Virus record (IMG/VR): IMGVR_UViG_3300001518_000020
Strand: one strand, 5' to 3'
Length of the DNA: 64,000 nucleotides
DNA from: an uncultured virus (IMG/VR IMGVR_UViG_3300001518_000020)
Taxonomy: Duplodnaviria; Heunggongvirae; Uroviricota; Caudoviricetes
Shown: positions 37,331-48,007 of the stretch, one piece after another
Numbering within the stretch: the first letter of the stretch is position 1
How the letters are laid out: every line of letters begins with the position of its first letter
Notes under the pieces: generated by a model
Databases searched by the model: none
The model's input: only the letters and a program-made list of their open reading frames with translations
What the model was told of the DNA's origin: nothing
Position numbers and translations under genes: made by a program

Positions 37331-38371
37331 TTATAAAGTTTTATTTTTAAGTATTTTTATAAATTGATCTTGTGTGAATGTACATCCTGCGGCTCCCTTA
37401 TGTCCACCACCTTTATATTTATCTTTCAAAAAATCTCCACAATGAAAATTATCATCATCATAAATATTATAAAGTGATATTGTCCAATTACCATTTTTTT
37501 GATGCTTGAATACAATAGCATTTTTTATATCTGGATTAGTTTCTCTAAGAGAATAGAATAATGTTGAACTAGACTGTCCCTGATGAAATATTGCACACGC
37601 TTTTCGAATTTTTGTAACACCAATTTCTTCATCAGAATTTTCTATTTTCCATTCTTTGTCTGCTGATTCATTAAGAATATTTTGCATTACAATATCATCA
37701 TATTTATTAAGAATTCGTCCATATGTTTCGAAACTATCTATAAGAGATTTCATTGAAAATTCTAAATTATTCTTTCCATCAACATAAATTTTAACCAAAT
37801 CTCGAATAATAGGAAGAATTTCATTCATATCAAGATTTAACTTAATAGTAGTTCCTTTATTTACATTTCTACAAAAATTAAAATCAAGTTCTTCTCTTTC
37901 ATATGACCAAGAATCCCAAGCTGACAATATTCTTAAATATTCAGGAACTGCTCGTTTATTATAATCTTCATCAAATGGATCATAAAGATATTTCCAAACA
38001 TTTAAAATTGCTGAACGTTTTGTGTCTCGAACTCCAGGAATATTACTAAAATCATTTACTTCAGATAAATGTATAATTGGTGCATGATGATCACACCAAA
38101 TAAAATCTGTTTTAAATTCTTTATAAAGTTTCTTCATATAAACCCAATCATTAAATGATATATCTACCATAATAATTGATTTATATTGCTTATGTAAATC
38201 TTCAATATCATAAGATTTTGAAAAATCAGCTAAAATGTTGTAATCAGCAGGTAATCGATCAATATCTTCAGGATTTATATTTAACTTGTGAATTAAATAA
38301 TCATACATCAAAGATCCTGAAAACAAACCATCATTATCTTCCTTGTGATAAATAATCAAATACTTATTCAT
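37331..38371 (-). CDS. DHH/DHHA1 phosphoesterase
   Basis: YH.EDNDG, VDIS, DHH and GGGHKGAAG motifs. Likely start is ATG 38371. Confidence 0.88.
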   Translation of the reverse strand: MNKYLIIYHKEDNDGLFSGSLMYDYLIHKLNINPEDIDRLPADYNILADFSKSYDIEDLHKQYKSIIMVDISFNDWVYMKKLYKEFKTDFIWCDHHAPIIHLSEVNDFSNIPGVRDTKRSAILNVWKYLYDPFDEDYNKRAVPEYLRILSAWDSWSYEREELDFNFCRNVNKGTTIKLNLDMNEILPIIRDLVKIYVDGKNNLEFSMKSLIDSFETYGRILNKYDDIVMQNILNESADKEWKIENSDEEIGVTKIRKACAIFHQGQSSSTLFYSLRETNPDIKNAIVFKHQKNGNWTISLYNIYDDDNFHCGDFLKDKYKGGGHKGAAGCTFTQDQFIKILKNKTL

Positions 38372-38426
38372 AAATGCTCTTAGATTAATTGTTTTTATGT
38401 TTCTATATAATTTATAGTCTTTAAAC

Positions 38427-38467
38427 AAAAAATAGCTTAGAATGACTCGAAATGAATTCTAAGCTAT
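38427..38467 (-). terminator. Stem-loop with a U tract upstream of the DHH gene
   Basis: ATAGCTTAGAAT (38432-38443) pairs with ATTCTAAGCTAT (38456-38467). A T tract follows on the minus strand. Confidence 0.65.
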
Positions 38468-38547
38468 ATTTTTAACATTACTACATTATATCAAATATTT
38501 AATGATTACATAATTAATATAGTTTAAATTTTAAATTATTTAATAAA

Positions 38548-38865
38548 TTAAAAATCTTTTTTAAAATTATTAGGTGATGTACTTGAAAAACGGCATTGAG
38601 ACATTTCTTGTGCTGTTAATTCTCTTGTTCCATCAAAATTTCCATTTCCTTTACAACACTTTTTAAATTTCTTGCCACTACCACATGGACATGGATCATT
38701 AGGCATTACTTTTTTATTAAATGTACGAATTATTGTTCTTGTCTTACGTGGACGATTAAATTTTGGCATAGATAAACTATTTCTAGCTACTACATTGGCT
38801 ACTTCTGCATCACTAACTTTAGTTTCAACAACATCATCCATAATCATTTTATTCTTATCTTCCAT
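38548..38865 (-). CDS. SEC-C motif protein
   Basis: PNDPCPCGSGKKFKKCC. Confidence 0.85.
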   Translation of the reverse strand: MEDKNKMIMDDVVETKVSDAEVANVVARNSLSMPKFNRPRKTRTIIRTFNKKVMPNDPCPCGSGKKFKKCCKGNGNFDGTRELTAQEMSQCRFSSTSPNNFKKDF

Positions 38866-38872
38866 AATTTAA

Positions 38873-39151
38873 TTAAGATATTTTTTCTTTATTTATATAG
38901 TTTTCTAATATTTGTTCTGCATCTTTCTTTATTTGTTCATAATCAGGATATTTAGCATTTAACAAAACTATTTCTGTTCTATCTGCTGGTACAATTAATG
39001 TTACTAAAGAATCATCGTTTATTTCTTTATAATTTATAAATTGATCTTTAACATAATTTTTGAATTGATTAAGCCAAGCTATACCCTTTTCTCTACTCAT
39101 ATTTGTTATATCTAAATATACAACAAGTATAGATTTATCTTGATTTAACAT
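38873..39151 (-). CDS. Hypothetical protein
   Basis: 92-aa ORF. Confidence 0.65.
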   Translation of the reverse strand: MLNQDKSILVVYLDITNMSREKGIAWLNQFKNYVKDQFINYKEINDDSLVTLIVPADRTEIVLLNAKYPDYEQIKKDAEQILENYINKEKIS

Positions 39152-39196
39152 TTATTTACAAAGTATAATTTAATTTAAAATAGATAAAAACAAAAA

Positions 39197-39220
39197 AATG
39201 TACAACTTTCGTTGTACATT
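39197..39220 (-). terminator. Intrinsic terminator after SSB
   Basis: AATGTACAAC-TTTC-GTTGTACATT. Confidence 0.7.
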
Positions 39221-39242
39221 CTTTATAATTTATTTAAATTTA

Positions 39243-40406
39243 TTAAAATGGTAAATCACTTGTATCATCTGCTTCTGTAGTTACTGCAGCTGCTTGGGAA
39301 GGTTTTGAATCTTCAACTTTCTTTTCACCATCTTTTTGATCATTCTTTTCACCATCTTCTTGATCATCAGTTAATCCTTGAAGCTTATGTAATTCTTCTA
39401 TAGACATTGTTTCAGGATCATTACCTGACTCTACAATTTCAATCCATTCAGATACACGTTTCTTAGTTTCATCAGACCATGGTTTATAAGATAATGTATC
39501 GAGTTTTGGAGCCCATTCCTTAATTTTAGCTAATACCTTACTATAAATTGGTAATAATGCTTTGTATTCATCTGAAGAATTAGCTGCTGCAACAATTGCA
39601 TTTCTTTGTTCTATTTCTTCATCATCTTCACAAGTCATCTTCCAAGCCTTTTCAATCTTACGTACATAAGCATCTAAAATTTCTTGCTCTGAGTCATTTA
39701 ACAATGGACTCTTGTCAGGATTAACACAACTTACAATATCATCTGTGAATTCACCTGAATAAGTAATCTCACGAGTCTTACGAAGTGGTTGACTTGGATC
39801 ATCTGGTCCTGGAGCTACATCAATATTAATAGCTCTACCAAATAAGTAATCCATTACAGGAATTGACATCTTACCACTTTCTTTAGCTGGATTCATCTTT
39901 TGTTGAAGCATATTATAAATTGTTGTAGGAAGCTTCCAAATCTTAAATGAACCTTCTAAATCTGGTTGATTTTTGTCTTTTAAAATTTGTACAATTACAT
40001 AACGAGCAAATCTCTTATCATAAAGTTGTTTACCACCCTTATCCTTTGAAAGTGCTTGGTTATATAATACTGTACCTGGATCTGCATAATGGCATTTTTT
40101 CCAAGATGTAAATATAGGACATGACTTATCATCAACTGTTAAAGAAGATATTACAGTTAAGAAATTAACCTTTTCATCTGTCTTATATTTAATTCCATAA
40201 GATTGTTGCTCTAAGAAACTCTTCTTAGGATTTTCTGGATTATAAATAATCTTAATCTTGCAACGATAATGTCCATCTTCACTTACTGAATCTTGTGGAC
40301 GTGTTTTGTAAATTAATCCGTTTCCTTGATTTGAATTTTGATTTTCTTCTGAATTGTTGTTAAATAAATCTTGAGGGTTAAAGCCCAATACTTCTTGTTC
40401 TGTCAT
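39243..40406 (-). CDS. Single-stranded DNA-binding protein (T4 gp32-like)
   Basis: CPI, V.ILKD..P..EG..K.W and acidic C-terminal tail DDTSDLPF. Close to UvsW. Confidence 0.75.
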   Translation of the reverse strand: MTEQEVLGFNPQDLFNNNSEENQNSNQGNGLIYKTRPQDSVSEDGHYRCKIKIIYNPENPKKSFLEQQSYGIKYKTDEKVNFLTVISSLTVDDKSCPIFTSWKKCHYADPGTVLYNQALSKDKGGKQLYDKRFARYVIVQILKDKNQPDLEGSFKIWKLPTTIYNMLQQKMNPAKESGKMSIPVMDYLFGRAINIDVAPGPDDPSQPLRKTREITYSGEFTDDIVSCVNPDKSPLLNDSEQEILDAYVRKIEKAWKMTCEDDEEIEQRNAIVAAANSSDEYKALLPIYSKVLAKIKEWAPKLDTLSYKPWSDETKKRVSEWIEIVESGNDPETMSIEELHKLQGLTDDQEDGEKNDQKDGEKKVEDSKPSQAAAVTTEADDTSDLPF

Positions 40407-40531
40407 TTTGTTTTGTTAAAATATTTTTGTCAAATTTGAGATTTATAATGTATTCTTATTAACATTTTTTATAAATCTTTAATTATTTATAATATAGTTA
40501 ATAAAAATATAATTTTTTTTAATTTAATTAT

Positions 40532-40906
40532 TTATTTTATTCCAAATATAAATTTATTAGGTCCAGGAATCATTCCACCACCTTGACCTGTTGGTATTGT
40601 TTGTGCACTTACCATATGAGGTAATGACGTATGTGAACCAGGAGAACCAACTGTAGGAATACCAACTAACATCATTTGACCATGTACATCTGCATTCTTA
40701 ACATAATAGTCTATTGCTTGAGCTATAGTTTTTGCCCATTGTTCTGCCAATTGTTTCTTAACAGTTTCTCCAAATTTCTTAGCTACTTCAGCACCTTTTT
40801 CTGATTTGTCACCAAATGATTCTAACAAAGCTTGTTCAAATGCCACAGGCAATGTTGTATTGAATAAATCTAATAAATTTTTTTCTAATTCATCTGGTTT
40901 TAACAT
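40532..40906 (-). CDS. Hypothetical protein
   Basis: 124 aa with a Gly/Pro-rich C-terminus. Confidence 0.7.
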   Translation of the reverse strand: MLKPDELEKNLLDLFNTTLPVAFEQALLESFGDKSEKGAEVAKKFGETVKKQLAEQWAKTIAQAIDYYVKNADVHGQMMLVGIPTVGSPGSHTSLPHMVSAQTIPTGQGGGMIPGPNKFIFGIK

Positions 40907-40924
40907 GTCAATTAATAAATTATT

Positions 40925-41341
40925 TTATTTATTATAGATCCAACATCCAAATTCAAATAATGAATCTACAATTTCATTCTTTTGATTTTCATCCATATTT
41001 TTAATATAAGGACATATAGTAGAATCTACATATTCTGTAGCTAATCTCTTTATATTATTTTTTATATTTTCTGGTGATTTAGTAGATGGACGTTCTGGAG
41101 CCTTTTTATCATTTTTATGTGCTTCATTATATACATTATGAGCTTTTTCTAATAAAGTATCTAATAAATCATCACCAAATAATGTTCCGAAGAAATCATT
41201 TGTCTTCAAAGTTTTAACTGCTTTTTCTAATTTTTCAACATCTTCTTTTTTTGTAAAATCTAATGTGTCAACTGTTCCTTGATTTAATTCATTACTTAAA
41301 TCATTTAAAAATTTAAAAAATCCATTATTCATAATATTCAT
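40925..41341 (-). CDS. Hypothetical protein
   Basis: 138-aa ORF. Confidence 0.7.
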   Translation of the reverse strand: MNIMNNGFFKFLNDLSNELNQGTVDTLDFTKKEDVEKLEKAVKTLKTNDFFGTLFGDDLLDTLLEKAHNVYNEAHKNDKKAPERPSTKSPENIKNNIKRLATEYVDSTICPYIKNMDENQKNEIVDSLFEFGCWIYNK

Positions 41342-41370
41342 TGTTATTTATTTAGTAATAATAAAAACCT

Positions 41371-43320
41371 TTATTTAAATAAATCATCCATAAATGATTC
41401 AACTTCGGTTTTTTTCTTTTGTTTTTTAGGTTTTTTCTCTTTTTGTAAATCTAAATATTGTTGATATGCAATTTTATATTTCTCATTATAACTATTATTA
41501 TTATCAATGTTAAATTCTTTTATAGAATATTTATGTTTATTAAAATCTGATTTATATATTTTTATTCTTTCTAATCCTTGTAAAAATATCTTATTTGTAA
41601 TTGTTGAATCAAAACAATCTACAATATCAAATAACCTATATTTATCTTTAATATCTGATAATCCCAATCCACGACCAATTGATTGCATATTAACAACATT
41701 TGATTTAAAAGATTCAAATAATACTCCATAACACAAATCAGATAATGTAATACCTGTACTCATACAACCATAACTTGCAACTAATATACAATTATTATTA
41801 TCTTTTAATTGTTGTTTTATTTGATTTCTTTTCTTTGGTCCAACACTACCTGTAATTTTTACAATAATATGTTCATTACCAAATTTTTCTTCAATAATAT
41901 TTGTCAAATGATTTATATATTCAGTATGATGACATAGTATCAAAGTATTTTTATCACATTTTGGTAATATTTCATTACATAATATATCAATACGTTCTGA
42001 CATAAAATGTATCATCATTCTTTCAACCAATAACCCATTAGCTCCTGCAGAATCAGCCATCATCATTTTCAATAAATTTGCCCATTCTATATCTTTCATA
42101 ATATCTGATTTTAATGGATCAAAATATATATTATTCTTTGCCATTTGTACACCTGTTGGCATTGATTTTTCATAACGTATTAAAAATTCTTGTTTTTCCT
42201 TTTCTAATTCTACTCGTTTCTTTTGACCAGGTTTTTTAGGATTATCTATTTCAACATAATTATTTAAACAATATTCAGCACATTTTATAAATAACTTTAA
42301 TTGTTTTTCAATATTCCGATATTTTAACCTATATTGGAAAATCTCAATATCTGATATATATCTAGCTTCTTTTAATTGTGCAGTTGTTATTTGTTGTATT
42401 TTTGCACCTATTAATGAATGAATACAAAACCTGTCAATTGTTCTTTCTGCTGGTAAAGTACCTGTCATACCATATGCAATCTTAACGTCTCGCATAAATG
42501 GTTGACTAATTATTGTCTTAATTTGATTTGCTTTTGCACGATGTGTTTCATCCACAAAAACAATATCATATCCATTAAAAAAATCTGGATTATACTTTTT
42601 ATTTGGTTTACCTTTAGAGTCTTTCTTTTCTAAGAATTTTATTAATGATTGAAATGTTCCTATTGTCAAATTTGAAGATTCAACTAATTCTCCACCAGCC
42701 CAAATACATTCCATCTTAAAAAATTCCTTATAATCATTAAAATCATTAAAACCTTGTTGAACTAAGTCAATAGAAGGAACAATCATTAACATTCTTTTAG
42801 CACCTAAATACTCAACACAATATCTATAAATCATATATGCTATAAGAGTCTTACCTGCACGTGTAGCTAACTCACTAACACTACGTTTCCAATTCAATAT
42901 CTTATATGCACATTCATACTGATAAGGTCTTGGAGTAAAATTCATTCCCCAACTATCAACAATATCTTTAAATTCCTGAAATGTATGTTGTATACTTCTT
43001 TTAAAAAATCCTGGTTCTAATCCATCATACTCAACATTATTATCTCTAAAGAACTTATATATCTCTTGCCAAAGACCTATTGAACAATAATATATTTTCT
43101 TACCATTTGGCTGATTATATTCAAATAAAAATTCTTCAATTAATATTGGACCATTATAATTTTTTAAATGACAACGAGGATCTATTAAATTCAAATAATT
43201 TGTTAAGTTTGGTTGTTTATCATAATTATTATTAGGCTTTAACCATTTTTCATCTTCCTCATTATCATATTTAAGAAATAAATATCTAGTATCTTTTTCA
43301 GAAAAAACAAAATGTATCAT
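41371..43320 (-). CDS. uvsW: SF2 DNA helicase (T4 UvsW-like)
   Basis: PRPYQ, ATRAGKT, DETH, GMTGT, STGI, QSIGRGL and FDIVD motifs. Confidence 0.88.
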   Translation of the reverse strand: MIHFVFSEKDTRYLFLKYDNEEDEKWLKPNNNYDKQPNLTNYLNLIDPRCHLKNYNGPILIEEFLFEYNQPNGKKIYYCSIGLWQEIYKFFRDNNVEYDGLEPGFFKRSIQHTFQEFKDIVDSWGMNFTPRPYQYECAYKILNWKRSVSELATRAGKTLIAYMIYRYCVEYLGAKRMLMIVPSIDLVQQGFNDFNDYKEFFKMECIWAGGELVESSNLTIGTFQSLIKFLEKKDSKGKPNKKYNPDFFNGYDIVFVDETHRAKANQIKTIISQPFMRDVKIAYGMTGTLPAERTIDRFCIHSLIGAKIQQITTAQLKEARYISDIEIFQYRLKYRNIEKQLKLFIKCAEYCLNNYVEIDNPKKPGQKKRVELEKEKQEFLIRYEKSMPTGVQMAKNNIYFDPLKSDIMKDIEWANLLKMMMADSAGANGLLVERMMIHFMSERIDILCNEILPKCDKNTLILCHHTEYINHLTNIIEEKFGNEHIIVKITGSVGPKKRNQIKQQLKDNNNCILVASYGCMSTGITLSDLCYGVLFESFKSNVVNMQSIGRGLGLSDIKDKYRLFDIVDCFDSTITNKIFLQGLERIKIYKSDFNKHKYSIKEFNIDNNNSYNEKYKIAYQQYLDLQKEKKPKKQKKKTEVESFMDDLFK

Positions 43321-44000
43321 TTATAAAAACTACTAAATATTTTTGAAATTAATTTACTTGATTTTGAAAATATATCTTCATTATCTTCATTCTTATTCAT
43401 GTCATTTTCATAATAATCATAATAATCATCCCAATCATCATATTCATAATCATCATCTTTAGAATCTTCATTTTCATTAGTATTATATAAATACAAATCT
43501 GGACTAAAATAATTATGACATATTCTTTTAGAATTTATAAAAACTTGATTATATATACATGAAAGATACTCATTATCATCAACACCTTGAATATCTCCAA
43601 ACATAATATAATAATCACATCTTAAAGATATAGTATATTCATCTTCATTAAAGCTAGATATTATTACATTTTTTAATTCAATAATTTTTAATAATTCATC
43701 TGAGTCATTTCTAGATACATATAATATTACATCTGATGAAATATCCTTTTTACAAAAACTATAATGTCCATCTAAAGAATATTCCATTAATTTATTATAT
43801 TTAAGTGTATTTAATGCATGATTTATAGTATCTGCATTTAATTGACATTTAATTTCAATTAATGGGCTATAACATATCTGATATCCTGATTCTTCATTAA
43901 TATTAATTTTTATTGAATTAATACTAATATATTGTTCAATATCTTCTACAAATAAATATACATTAACAATTTTATTATGTATATTTTCAATAAAATCCAT
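43317..44000 (-). CDS. Hypothetical protein with an Asp/Tyr-rich segment
   Basis: 227 aa, overlaps the helicase start. Confidence 0.65.
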   Translation of the reverse strand: MDFIENIHNKIVNVYLFVEDIEQYISINSIKININEESGYQICYSPLIEIKCQLNADTINHALNTLKYNKLMEYSLDGHYSFCKKDISSDVILYVSRNDSDELLKIIELKNVIISSFNEDEYTISLRCDYYIMFGDIQGVDDNEYLSCIYNQVFINSKRICHNYFSPDLYLYNTNENEDSKDDDYEYDDWDDYYDYYENDMNKNEDNEDIFSKSSKLISKIFSSFYK

Positions 44001-44033
44001 TTACATATTAACATATTTTAATTTAAAATAGAA

Positions 44034-44062
44034 AAAACCTCCATGAAATTCATAGAGGTTTT
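44034..44062 (-). terminator. Intrinsic terminator
   Basis: AAAACCTC.ATG...CAT.GAGGTTTT stem. Confidence 0.65.
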
Positions 44063-44082
44063 AAAATTAAGTTTATATAATA

Positions 44083-46665
44083 TTAACCAATTATTTTGTT
44101 TGTTTTAATATTAACCCATTGGAACATAGATTCAATAGTTCTTCTAACATCCCATGCATCTGCTAATCCACTATTTGTAGCTGAAGATGCTGCTAAGTAA
44201 GTAATATAAGAAGTAAATATTGTTGTAGTTGAACCATTCTTTTGTAGAATAGTATTTAAATCAAAATATTTAACTTGATTACTTGTTTTATTCCAATAAT
44301 AAATAGTATTAGCAGCAGCTGGTTTATCATCATTAAATAAAGAACCAGTTGTATAAGCAGTTTGTATATCTAATGGTAAATATTCATTATAACCATTACT
44401 TGTTCGTTTATAGAAATATGTAACATTAGCACCATTTAATATCATATCACCAACTGTAGCTGTTGTAGGTACAGCTGTCATGGTTGCTAAACTTGTTTTA
44501 CGATATAACTTACTGTAATCATTATCATCAAAAGCAAGATAATTGCCAAAATCATTATTAGATACTGCGACATAATTATTATTCTCAAATTTATATACAG
44601 GAATATTATCATTATGTAATGATTTAGCTTCAGCTATAGAGATATGTACATAAACATCATTAGTATAATATACATCATTCTTAAGAATAGTATCTAATGG
44701 TAATTTTTTTCTTGTTACTGAAATTATACCATCAACCTCATCAACTTTTGTAACAAATTGTCCTTCTGATGATTTATCTGTATCTGTATAATCTAATGAA
44801 TTAATAACAGTTCCAATTTGACCAGATACATCAAGTGTATTAATACGATTATTTAAATCATTATATACTTCTCTAACATATGAAGTTACCCATTTTACAT
44901 CAGTTAATCCTTTAGTGAAATCATAAGTAGCCTCTACATATGGGAAATAAATATATTTTCCTTGTCCGTATAAACCATCTGGAATACCATCTTTAATCTG
45001 ATTTATTGTAACACTTCCCTTTTGTTCTTTACTTATAACTTTATTACTATCATTTGTATCAAATTTAATTTCATATACAGATATTGATTGTATAGAAGGA
45101 TTTTGCTTAATAAGTAAATTATAAGTAGTAATTTGGTTAGTTGTACTTAATTGTATATAATTATTTATATTTGTTTCATCTCCTTTATAAATGAAATATG
45201 ACGCTGTAGCTCCTGCATGATTAGGTAAATATGCTACATATGTTACTCCATCAATTTCATATGTTTGAGCTAATTTTAAATCAATATCTAATTTAACTTT
45301 ACCAATTGAAGCATCATCACCATCTCTGTCTTTATCCCATAAATTAGTAGAATAATAATTAACAGTTAATAATTCATTTCTAGATTCTGATTTAAATGAT
45401 GATACCGTTTCATTACCAATTTTACTTTTCCAATCTTTTAATTTTTCAATTTCAATAAAATTAGATGAAATATTATAAGCAAGATTAATGCCAGTATCAT
45501 CACCATTAGTAATTTGATCTAAAATATAAGCTACTTCGTTAAGAGTTTGTATTCCATCAGCAATGTTAACATATGAACTTGATCCATTAAATGTATCTTC
45601 ATGATACCAACGAGGTATAATAACCAATTGATTATTACTATCATGTGATGCTATATATCCGTATTTAGCATTATCATCACCATTGTTATCTAATATATCT
45701 TTTAAATTATCTAATAATAAAACAGGATATTCTTTACTATTAATGGTTATTTTATTACTACTATTAGGTTCTATATTTGTCCAAATTACATTATTATCAT
45801 AAATAATAGCAAAACCTTTACCTGCTTCGTTTTTAATAGTAACTTTTTGATAACTACCATCAGCTGTTTTAATAAATACAGGAGTAAATTCATTAATAGT
45901 TTTTGTTACATCACTATAATTAAATGCTTCATCAAATTCCTTTTCAATATATATACTAGCACCACCATTTGGAATACCTAATATATTTCGATAAACTCTA
46001 TTAGCTTGTTCAGTTGAAAATTTGGTAATAAAATCAGTTAAATAAGAATTTGAAGATTTAATATATGACCATGTTTTTGAGTCATCAATAGATATAACAT
46101 CATATGGATCATAATATGAATATGAATATTCATGTTCATTACCATTAGAATCTTTAATTTTATATGTTCCTGTTCGTTGATTACCTTCACGGGTAATATT
46201 AATAGTAATACCAGAAGTATTAACAGTACCAACTGATCTTCCTAATCCATCTAATCCATTTATTCCATCATTAATACCTTTTAAAACAACATTTGTATTT
46301 GCTTTAAATATTGTAGATGCAGTATCTTTAGTAACTGGCGTTCCATTAATATTAATACTAGTATTATTATTACCAATTGCTGTTTTAATTTCATCTGGAC
46401 TATATTGTACATAAATACCATTTACAGTATCTTTATGAATATATTTATTATATTCAATAAGATCATCATTATTTTGATTTATTCTTGATAATAAATTCTT
46501 ATATGCAGTTTGACCAATACCTACATAAGCATTAATAACTGGCACAAATATTTGTTGTTCATCACCAAGAAAAATTAATGATTCGTTATATTGATTAACC
46601 ATTGATTGTGTTAAATCGCCATGCTTATCAATATATGCGAACATTTTATTTCCAATTGTATTCAT
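44083..46665 (-). CDS. Putative virion structural (tail fibre-like) protein
   Basis: 860 aa, Asn/Thr-rich, in a late-motif operon. GQFVTKVDEVDGIISV segment. Confidence 0.6.
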   Translation of the reverse strand: MNTIGNKMFAYIDKHGDLTQSMVNQYNESLIFLGDEQQIFVPVINAYVGIGQTAYKNLLSRINQNNDDLIEYNKYIHKDTVNGIYVQYSPDEIKTAIGNNNTSININGTPVTKDTASTIFKANTNVVLKGINDGINGLDGLGRSVGTVNTSGITINITREGNQRTGTYKIKDSNGNEHEYSYSYYDPYDVISIDDSKTWSYIKSSNSYLTDFITKFSTEQANRVYRNILGIPNGGASIYIEKEFDEAFNYSDVTKTINEFTPVFIKTADGSYQKVTIKNEAGKGFAIIYDNNVIWTNIEPNSSNKITINSKEYPVLLLDNLKDILDNNGDDNAKYGYIASHDSNNQLVIIPRWYHEDTFNGSSSYVNIADGIQTLNEVAYILDQITNGDDTGINLAYNISSNFIEIEKLKDWKSKIGNETVSSFKSESRNELLTVNYYSTNLWDKDRDGDDASIGKVKLDIDLKLAQTYEIDGVTYVAYLPNHAGATASYFIYKGDETNINNYIQLSTTNQITTYNLLIKQNPSIQSISVYEIKFDTNDSNKVISKEQKGSVTINQIKDGIPDGLYGQGKYIYFPYVEATYDFTKGLTDVKWVTSYVREVYNDLNNRINTLDVSGQIGTVINSLDYTDTDKSSEGQFVTKVDEVDGIISVTRKKLPLDTILKNDVYYTNDVYVHISIAEAKSLHNDNIPVYKFENNNYVAVSNNDFGNYLAFDDNDYSKLYRKTSLATMTAVPTTATVGDMILNGANVTYFYKRTSNGYNEYLPLDIQTAYTTGSLFNDDKPAAANTIYYWNKTSNQVKYFDLNTILQKNGSTTTIFTSYITYLAASSATNSGLADAWDVRRTIESMFQWVNIKTNKIIG

Positions 46666-46687
46666 TTATAATTTAATTATATATTTA

Positions 46688-47998
46688 TTATTTTAATATT
46701 TTCCAACTAAAAAGATAACTTACACTATCAATTAATGTATTTTGATTAGCAATACCGTATGTTATCTCACCTGTATTATCATTAACATAACTATTTATTA
46801 AATCAATTGTTATTGTTCTATCAATTGTTCTATTTAATGTATTTTCGGGTGTAATATTTAAATTAATATATGTACTATTACTATTTGTATGTAAATGATA
46901 AAGTAAATATGAATTATCTTCAATTTGAATATTTATATTTTCAATTTCCTTTTCAATACCTGTTGCTGGTATTTTTTCATGTAATATATAATATTCATAT
47001 TCAGGATTACCAGTATAATGAATTGATATATATTTTGAATTATCGTTAGGATCTTTAATCCATATATTATTGTTATTATGTGTTAAATAATCTATAAATT
47101 GTTGTGATTGTCGATCTTCAATTTTTTCATAAACATTATATCTCGTATGATATCCAATTTTTTCTTTATTTTCATTACTTAATAAATAACTACTATATGC
47201 ATAATTATATGCTTCTATTGTTATTTCAGTATTATTATCTAAGTATTCAGATAAATATGATAAATCAGTTTCAATTATATTAAATCGATTATAAAAACCT
47301 GTATATGAATAAGTATTTGTGTTATTATTATATTTTTTTTCACCAATAATATTATATATATCTTCAACATCTTCATTTAAGTGAATAATATCACTCATAA
47401 TGAATATATAATATTTCTCATGAATATTTTGTATTATACTAGATTTATCTGTAACTTCTTCAAATATACCCGTTGTTGTATTTTTTGTAAATATTTGTCT
47501 ATCATTAGCATAATTAGTTAACATATTATTTTTAACTAATGTATCATAGGGAACTTCCAAATATCTTGTTTGGTCAATTAATACTTCTGAAAGAGCATTT
47601 AATAATTCATAACGACTTAACATGTTTTGGATTACATTTTCCTCTATTTCAATAGTCATCTCGCTAAATTTATTTTCCATAGATGACTGGAAATTACTAA
47701 ATACATTATTAAATTCGTTTTTAGTATAATAATTACTAGTTATGTTATTTGAAATATTCTTATCTGTATCACTTAATACATTAAATAAATTAATTAAATC
47801 TTCTGTAGTATATACATATGAATTTAATCCTTTTATATAGGCACCATTCCAATCAATATCAATGGCATCTAAAATTTTATAATCTTGCCCATTATATTGA
47901 TTAAGTTTTCCACTAACTTGAATACCTAAATATGTATATTCATTATCCCATTTATGTACATTAGTAAAAATATTATAATTATAACTAAGGGCTGCCAT
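46688..47998 (-). CDS. Putative virion structural protein
   Basis: 436 aa. C-terminal GIA..FSW resembles the neighbouring proteins. Confidence 0.55.
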   Translation of the reverse strand: MAALSYNYNIFTNVHKWDNEYTYLGIQVSGKLNQYNGQDYKILDAIDIDWNGAYIKGLNSYVYTTEDLINLFNVLSDTDKNISNNITSNYYTKNEFNNVFSNFQSSMENKFSEMTIEIEENVIQNMLSRYELLNALSEVLIDQTRYLEVPYDTLVKNNMLTNYANDRQIFTKNTTTGIFEEVTDKSSIIQNIHEKYYIFIMSDIIHLNEDVEDIYNIIGEKKYNNNTNTYSYTGFYNRFNIIETDLSYLSEYLDNNTEITIEAYNYAYSSYLLSNENKEKIGYHTRYNVYEKIEDRQSQQFIDYLTHNNNNIWIKDPNDNSKYISIHYTGNPEYEYYILHEKIPATGIEKEIENINIQIEDNSYLLYHLHTNSNSTYINLNITPENTLNRTIDRTITIDLINSYVNDNTGEITYGIANQNTLIDSVSYLFSWKILK

Positions 47999-48007
47999 TA
48001 ATATTTA

